DNA from: Vulcanimicrobiaceae bacterium
Lineage (GTDB): Bacteria > Vulcanimicrobiota > Vulcanimicrobiia > Vulcanimicrobiales > Vulcanimicrobiaceae
DNA: 30,528 bases
Assembly (NCBI GenBank): GCA_050733855.1
Contig: JBOHTX010000001.1
Location: 1 to 30,528, forward strand
Direction of reading: 5' to 3'
This document shows positions 25,296 to 30,528 of the stretch, one piece after another; position 1 is the first letter of the stretch; every line of letters begins with the position of its first letter. Made by a program: the position numbers and the translations under genes. A model generated the notes under the pieces. The model searched no databases, had not been told where the DNA came from, and saw only the letters and a list, made by a program, of their open reading frames with translations.

Positions 25296-26630
25296 TTAGC
25301 TCCAGGGTTCGGCTAGGCGGCGCAGCGCCGAGCGGCTCGGCAGGAAGCCGTACGCGCCGCCGCGGGTTATCGTGAAGCGATCGAGGCCGTGCAAGCGTTT
25401 GCGAATCGGACGGAGCGGTATCGTGAAGATGCCCTTCCCGTCATTCGCGCCGGCGATCGGGTCTTTCTGTGCGCCGAGGCCGACGAAGTTGCCGCTTTCG
25501 ATCCACTCGCTTTTGAGGAACTCAAACGTCTCCGGCGCGCGGGCGCTGATGAAGATGAAGAAGATGCCGCGCTCGATTCCGTCGTCGTCGAGCCGGCCCT
25601 CGGGGAGCGGCGGTCCGTAGGTTGCGCCGTGCCGGACGATGCGGTGCAAATTGACGTCGCTCAGCACCGCGAGCGGAGCATCGCGCGGGTTCATCCGCCG
25701 CACGTGCGCACCGAGCGGACAGCGTAGGCCGCTTGAGTCGTCGGCATAGCCGAACGCGTTGACCCGTAGCGGATCGTCGGCCGCCTCCGGATCGTCGCGC
25801 TCCGGCGAAAGTGCAAGCGGCGCGCCGCTGCGCCAGCGTCCGACCATTTTCGCCGCCAGCAGCTCTTCGGCGAGCGCGGGCGTGGCGTTCTCGCGCAGAA
25901 AGCGGCGAAAGGCGGCGACCCGCACGTGGAGTTTGCGCAAGCCGACGAAGCTGCCGTTGCGGCCGAGGATCTCCGGCTGCGGCAGCGCGAGCGGCCGGCC
26001 GCTTTCGCCCGGATAGCCGAGGACGAACTCGCCGGCCGCGATGGGACGCGTGCCGTCGGGGAGCGGATTCGGGCCGTTGCCCTCGATCGTCGGGAAGCTG
26101 ATGCCGTCGCGAAAGCCGAGATGCGTTCGGCCGCCGGGGACTTGCGCGAAATCCTCGCGGCGCAAGACGGTGATCCCAGGCAGTTCGGCAGCGCTGCGCC
26201 GCGCGAACTCGAGTTCTTCGCGCAGACGCGTTTCGGTCGCGGCCATCAGCGCCAGCGCGACGTGCAGCTGGTCGCGGCCGTACGGTTGCTCCCAGTTGGC
26301 CGGATCGCTTTCGCCGCGGTCGCCGAAGCGCGGCGCGCGCGCCGCCATCCCTTCGCGAAAGGCGATGGCAAACGTCGCGAGTGAAGCCGCGGGGAGTCCG
26401 AGTGCGCGCAATCCTTCGAACGTAAAGGCGACCGCGAGCCACGATGTTTGCCGGGCGTAGTCGGCCGCATACGTGACGTACGGTGCGAGCTTGCGCACGA
26501 ACGCGCGGCCGCTCTCGGGGTCGCCGAGCCGCAAGAAGATGTACGACCCGGCGTAGGGCGCGGGCCGCCGCCGCAGGATCGGGCTCTGAATTTCGTCGAG
26601 GTCGAGCGCGCGGCTACCCGCCGGCGGCGT
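25296..26630 (-). CDS. Dye-decolorizing (DyP-type) heme peroxidase
   Basis: GFRDGIS (GxxDG), GEFVLGY, AAKMVGRW, GAHVRRMNPR (proximal His), HRIVRHG (distal Arg). The conserved LDLDEIQ...RPAPY start lies upstream of TTG 26534; the true start is uncertain (ACG 26630 proposed). Confidence 0.88.
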   Translation of the reverse strand, partial: TPPAGSRALDLDEIQSPILRRRPAPYAGSYIFLRLGDPESGRAFVRKLAPYVTYAADYARQTSWLAVAFTFEGLRALGLPAASLATFAIAFREGMAARAPRFGDRGESDPANWEQPYGRDQLHVALALMAATETRLREELEFARRSAAELPGITVLRREDFAQVPGGRTHLGFRDGISFPTIEGNGPNPLPDGTRPIAAGEFVLGYPGESGRPLALPQPEILGRNGSFVGLRKLHVRVAAFRRFLRENATPALAEELLAAKMVGRWRSGAPLALSPERDDPEAADDPLRVNAFGYADDSSGLRCPLGAHVRRMNPRDAPLAVLSDVNLHRIVRHGATYGPPLPEGRLDDDGIERGIFFIFISARAPETFEFLKSEWIESGNFVGLGAQKDPIAGANDGKGIFTIPLRPIRKRLHGLDRFTITRGGAYGFLPSRSALRRLAEPWS

Positions 26631-27069
26631 CGAGCAGGTTTTCGACCGCCGTCAGCACCCGCGCTCCGCGCCGAATCTGCGCGACCGAAGCGTCGGGATA
26701 GGCGCAATACCACGCAAGCGCGGTCAGCTGGTGTTCGGCGATGAAGTCCTTGACCGTAGGCGATGCGATCCCGGGCCAGCCCTCGACTTCGGAAAACAGG
26801 AGGTCCATCGCCTCGGGGATCTTGGTCGCGAAATCGTCGATGTAGGTATCCCAGTCGCCGTCGTAGGCGGTCGCGAACAACAGCTTGCTGTCGTTATCGA
26901 GCAATGCGAAACGCATGTCGTGAACCGTGCCGACGAGGTCGGCTTGTTCGAAGCGGCCGCCGAGTGCGGCCAGGACGGCGCGCAGTTTCGCGCCGCCGCC
27001 AGGTTTCAGCGGCGCGATGACGGTCAGCTCGGAGACGATCCCTTGGCGGAGCCCGACGCGATTCGACAT
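26614..27069 (-). CDS. Conserved DyP-associated hypothetical protein
   Basis: 151 aa from ATG 27069. GTVHDMRF and LLFATAYDGDWDTYIDDF resemble small proteins I recall being encoded next to this DyP class. It overlaps the DyP 5' end. Confidence 0.75.
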   Translation of the reverse strand: MSNRVGLRQGIVSELTVIAPLKPGGGAKLRAVLAALGGRFEQADLVGTVHDMRFALLDNDSKLLFATAYDGDWDTYIDDFATKIPEAMDLLFSEVEGWPGIASPTVKDFIAEHQLTALAWYCAYPDASVAQIRRGARVLTAVENLLDAAGG

Positions 27070-27159
27070 GTCGTCCGAAGGTCGCGTTCGGCGTCCCGTT
27101 CCCCTTCCGAGCGCCGATGCTCGCGGATGAGCACCGGTCGCCTCGCCGAAGGATGACGC

Positions 27160-28068
27160 ATGGCAACCACGAGCGGGCGCGTCGGCGAGAGCGGCGTCCT
27201 GTTGCTCGCTGGGCCGACCGCAGCGGGCAAGAGCACGCTCGCGCTCGCGCTCGCCGCGCGCTACGATGCCGAAATCGTCGGCGCCGACTCGCGGCAGATC
27301 TACCGCGGCATGGAGATCGGGACCGCCGCGGCGAGCGCCGCCGAACGCGCGCGGATTCCGCATCACCTGGTCGGCTTTCTCGATCCGCGCGAGCGCTACA
27401 GCGCGGCCCAATTCGTAGCCGATGCGTTGGCGGCGATCGCGGCGATCCGCGCACGCGGACGGCGCGTGCTGGTCGTCGGCGGGACCGGTTTCTACCTGCG
27501 GGCGCTGGCGGGCGACGTTGCGCTCTCGCCCGCGCGCGATCCGGCGTTGCGCGCGCGCCTGGCGCGCGAGGCCCGACTCCATCCTCCGGAAATCTTGCAC
27601 GCGTGGCTGGCGTCGCGCGCGCCCGAGCGCGCCCGCGAACTCGCTCCGGGTGACCGCTACCGGGTCGCGCGTGCACTCGAGATCGCGCTCGCGCCGGCGA
27701 GCCCCGCAGAGGCTGCGCCCTCGTTGCGTTCGCGCGGCATCTCGTTCGCAAAGACGTACCTGGAATGTGCGTCCGAAGAACTCGATCGCCGGATCGAAGC
27801 GCGGGTCGCGCGGCAGCTCGCCGCCGGCTTCGCCGAAGAAGCGGAACGGATCGGGCCGCAGGCGGTCGCCGCCGACGCGGTCGGCTATCCGCTGGCATTC
27901 GCGTATCTCGCCGGCGCACTCGACCGCGCCGACTTTGCGCGCTTGCTGGTCCGTGCGACCCGACGTTACGCGAAGCGCCAGCGCACCTGGTTTGCGAAGG
28001 AACCGGGCCTCGTGCGGCTCCCTGCCGAACGCTTCGAGGGCTTCGTGCGCGAGCGCCTGGGCTGGTAG
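27160..28068 (+). CDS. miaA: tRNA dimethylallyltransferase
   Basis: GPTAAGKS, DSRQIYRGMEIGTA, PHHL, VGGTGFY, TRRYAKRQRTWF. Confidence 0.95.
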   Translation: MATTSGRVGESGVLLLAGPTAAGKSTLALALAARYDAEIVGADSRQIYRGMEIGTAAASAAERARIPHHLVGFLDPRERYSAAQFVADALAAIAAIRARGRRVLVVGGTGFYLRALAGDVALSPARDPALRARLAREARLHPPEILHAWLASRAPERARELAPGDRYRVARALEIALAPASPAEAAPSLRSRGISFAKTYLECASEELDRRIEARVARQLAAGFAEEAERIGPQAVAADAVGYPLAFAYLAGALDRADFARLLVRATRRYAKRQRTWFAKEPGLVRLPAERFEGFVRERLGW

Positions 28069-28075
28069 GCGAGCG

Positions 28076-28101
28076 CAGGACGGCGTTGGGACCGAACGAA
28101 T
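28076..28101 (+). promoter_or_regulatory. CAGGA-N16-CGAAT motif upstream of hfq (best sigmaH-like match)
   Basis: cagg at 28076-28079 and cgaat at 28097-28101, 9 nt before the hfq ATG. It resembles the Bacillus sigmaH AGGA...GAAT consensus. Confidence 0.5.
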
Positions 28102-28110
28102 GGCGAGGCG

Positions 28111-28353
28111 ATGACCGGAGCAGCTCCGCCGGAGCGGCGGGCCCACTTGCAAGACGCGTACCTCGCCGAAGTCCGCCGCAGCGCGATTCCGGTGACGATC
28201 TACCTCGTCAACGGCTTCCAACTCCGCGGCACGGTCCGCGAGTTCGATTCGTTTACGATCGCGCTCGAGTTCGAAGACCGCATGCACCTGATCTACAAAC
28301 ACGCGGTCTCGACCATCTCGCCGCAAGCCCCGCTGACGCTTCCGCAGGGGTGA
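28111..28353 (+). CDS. hfq: RNA chaperone Hfq
   Basis: LQDAYL...VTIYLVNGFQLRG...FDSF...LIYKHAVSTI; follows miaA. Confidence 0.96.
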   Translation: MTGAAPPERRAHLQDAYLAEVRRSAIPVTIYLVNGFQLRGTVREFDSFTIALEFEDRMHLIYKHAVSTISPQAPLTLPQG

Positions 28354-29159
28354 GCGCGCCGCTGGTCGCGCCGCTCGCGATGCACGGCGCGGGAAATCGC
28401 TTCGTGTTGATCGACGAGCGCCCCGCGCGGATCGGCGATTACGCCAACCTTGCGCGCGAACTGTGCGAAGCGCGCGCGGGCGAACGCGGCTTCGACGGGA
28501 TCCTGGTCGTGCTCGACGATCCGCTCGCCCAGGCTCGCATGCGCATCTTCAATGCCGACGGCGGTGAAGCCGAGATGTGCGGCAACGGTCTGCGCTGCGT
28601 GGCGCGCTACCTCGCCGAGCGCGGCGCGCCCGACGCTTTCGAGGTCGCGACCAACGCCGGGCCGATCCCGGTCGAAATCCGCTCGCGGGTCGCCGACTGG
28701 GCGATCCGCTTGACGCTCGGGCAGCCGTGCTTTCCGGCCGGCCTCGAAGGCGAGATGGTCGTGGTCGGCGGGGTTCCGCGCGACGCGATCCGGGTCGAAA
28801 CCGGGAACTTGCACGTGGTCGTCCCGCTCGATGCGCGCGCCTTCGGCGCGCTCGAGGTTGCGCGCGACGGTGCCGCGCTCGCGGCGGATCCGCGCTTTTT
28901 GGGATGCAACGTGCACTTTGCGCTGCGGCTCGCCGACGATGCGCTGCGGGTCGCGCATTTCGAACGCGGCGTCGGTCCGACCCAAGCCTGCGGAACGGGC
29001 GCGGTCGCGAGCGCGGCCGCCTACCTCGCGCGCGGACGGCTGCGTTCGCCGGTGCGGGTGGAAGTGCCGGGCGGCACGCTCGTCGTCGGCTGGGAACTCG
29101 GCGGCCCGGCCTCGCTCGAAGGGCCAGCGGTTCCGCTCGAGTTCGGCGCCCGCGGGTGA
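28350..29159 (+). CDS. dapF: Diaminopimelate epimerase
   Basis: MHGAGNRF, GFDG, NADGGEAEMCGNGLRC, ERGVGPTQACGTGA; GTGA overlap with hfq. Confidence 0.94.
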   Translation: MSAPLVAPLAMHGAGNRFVLIDERPARIGDYANLARELCEARAGERGFDGILVVLDDPLAQARMRIFNADGGEAEMCGNGLRCVARYLAERGAPDAFEVATNAGPIPVEIRSRVADWAIRLTLGQPCFPAGLEGEMVVVGGVPRDAIRVETGNLHVVVPLDARAFGALEVARDGAALAADPRFLGCNVHFALRLADDALRVAHFERGVGPTQACGTGAVASAAAYLARGRLRSPVRVEVPGGTLVVGWELGGPASLEGPAVPLEFGARG

Positions 29160-30382
29160 TCGCGGCGCCCGGCCGCGCGGGGCTCGCCTATGCCGACGCG
29201 CGCGGGCAGATTCGTTTCGACGAGCGCGCCGAGCCGCTTGCCGATGGCGGGTTCGTTCGTCCGGCGGAGCCCGACGAACTGATCGAAGCACCGCCGGGGA
29301 CCGTACCGGCACTGCTCCCCGGGCGCGCGCCGCGAATCCGCGGCGCAACGCCGGCGCGGCGCACGGCGCTTTCGGTGCTGTTGCCGGCCGGCTATACGCG
29401 GCTGCTCTTACCGGCCTATCGCGCCCGCGGCGATGCCCCGACGCTGCCGCTCTTCGGCTACACCTTTGCCTGCGCGCGCGAGGACCGGCTCTTCGTCGCG
29501 GCAATGCGCACCGACGCAAGCGACGATTGGGCGCCGCGCCGCTTTGCGCCGGGCGAACTCGAAGGGCTGATCGCCGCGCGCCGCGCGGCTTTGCCGCGCA
29601 ACCGCATCCTCGCGCAGCTTGCGATCTGTGCGAGCGAGTACGCCTGCTTCACCGCCCAGAACGTCTTTCTCGCGCGCGGCGAAGCGGCGCTTCCGGTCTC
29701 GCCAAAATGTAACGCGCGCTGCCTCGGCTGTATCTCCGAGCAAGAACCCGAGGCCGGGATCCCCTCGCCGCAGGCGCGCGTCGCCGAGGAAGCCGATGCG
29801 CGCGAGCTGGCCGAGGTCGCGCTCGCGCATCTCGCACGAGTTCCGGAGGGGATCGTCTCGTTCGGACAAGGCTGCGAGGGCGAGCCGCTCCTGCGCGCAA
29901 CGACGATCGCGCGCGCGCTCGCGCAGATTCGCGCCGCGAGCCGCGCGGGGACGATCAACTGCAATACCAACGGTAGCCTGCCGCGCGCGCTGCAGCGCCT
30001 GATCGGGGCCGGGCTCGACGCGGTCCGCATCAGCCTCAATTCGTTTCGCCCGGCCGTCTACGCAGCCTACTATCGGCCGCAGGGCTACGGTCTCGACGAC
30101 GTCTTCGAGAGCGTACGCCTGGCGGCAAACGCGAAACTGCGCGTCTCGCTCAACCTGCTGACGCATCCCGGCGTCACCGACGCGCGCGAGGAAGTCCGTG
30201 CCGCTGCGGATTTCCTACGGAGCGTGCGCCTCACGATGATCCAAACCCGCACCCTCAACATCGACCCCGCCGTGTACTTCGCCGCAGTCGGCCGCCCGCA
30301 ATCCGGGCCGCTCGGGATGCGCGCCGCGCTCGCGGACCTCGCCGCCCGCGCTCCGCTCGGCAACTTCACCCACGCGCATTGA
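29156..30382 (+). CDS. Radical SAM protein of unknown function
   Basis: CNARCLGC (CxxxCxxC), SFGQGCEGEPL, NTNGS, RISLNS; GTGA overlap with dapF; 408 aa. Confidence 0.88.
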   Translation: MIAAPGRAGLAYADARGQIRFDERAEPLADGGFVRPAEPDELIEAPPGTVPALLPGRAPRIRGATPARRTALSVLLPAGYTRLLLPAYRARGDAPTLPLFGYTFACAREDRLFVAAMRTDASDDWAPRRFAPGELEGLIAARRAALPRNRILAQLAICASEYACFTAQNVFLARGEAALPVSPKCNARCLGCISEQEPEAGIPSPQARVAEEADARELAEVALAHLARVPEGIVSFGQGCEGEPLLRATTIARALAQIRAASRAGTINCNTNGSLPRALQRLIGAGLDAVRISLNSFRPAVYAAYYRPQGYGLDDVFESVRLAANAKLRVSLNLLTHPGVTDAREEVRAAADFLRSVRLTMIQTRTLNIDPAVYFAAVGRPQSGPLGMRAALADLAARAPLGNFTHAH

Positions 30383-30383
30383 G

Positions 30384-30527
30384 TCAGCGCGAAGGGCTCA
30401 GGAACCCGCTTTCGATCATGCGTTCGATGTCGTCGCAAAGCCTGCGGGCGAGCGATCCTCCCCGGACGATGATGCCGAGTTCGATGTTTCGCGAGACCGC
30501 GTGCTCGGTCAGATTCGCACTCGTGAC
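30384..30527 (-). CDS. C-terminal end of a phospholipase D-like nuclease, DISARM DrmC-like (partial, runs off window)
   Basis: Minus strand VTSANLTEHAVSRNIELGIIVRGGSLARRLCDDIERMIESGFLSPSR*, with the PLD SANxT...N.E.G motif and a DrmC-style RGG...LI..G.L tail. Not in the ORF track. Confidence 0.7.
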   Translation of the reverse strand, partial: VTSANLTEHAVSRNIELGIIVRGGSLARRLCDDIERMIESGFLSPSR

Positions 30528-30528
30528 G

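Noticed and set aside
1..30528. CRISPR arrays, IS elements/integrases, rRNA/tRNA genes, intrinsic terminators
   Set aside because: I saw no spaced direct repeats, transposase or integrase motifs, structural RNA signatures or hairpin-plus-U-tract terminators. A by-eye scan can miss short or degenerate elements.

Overview
High-GC bacterial chromosomal window; a Terrabacteria lineage such as Eremiobacterota/Vulcanimicrobiota is my guess from gene style, not a result. The main signal is a compact selenium locus at 4591-9082 that the ORF track breaks up. It holds a YraQ/DUF318-type permease whose conserved MM-C-TCC motif reads MM-TGA-TCC and is followed by a SECIS-like hairpin. That gene converges on a selenophosphate synthetase SelD that also has TGA at its catalytic Cys position (CAG-U-ASK) and its own SECIS-like hairpin. 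SelD belongs to a selenoneine-type cluster with senA and a divergent senB. To the left is a decayed accessory patch: a GNAT, a pirin remnant fused to a broken vapC, an intact Phd antitoxin, an orphan 739-aa GHKL ATPase, a frameshifted higB and an intact higA. To the right are sad, ftcD, vapBC, radA, a tightly coupled housekeeping operon (cmk-plsC-ispH-polyprenyl synthase-double GT-C/PMT fusion-yebC-PASTA-rpe-thiL), rpmB, a secreted protein, a DyP peroxidase with a partner gene, miaA-hfq-dapF-radical SAM, and the 3' end of a DrmC-like PLD gene at the window edge. I also noted a recurring CAGG-N17-CGAA (sigmaH-like) upstream motif and probable non-canonical (CTG/ACG) starts at coupled gene junctions. 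Family assignments come from remembered motifs; no searches were run.
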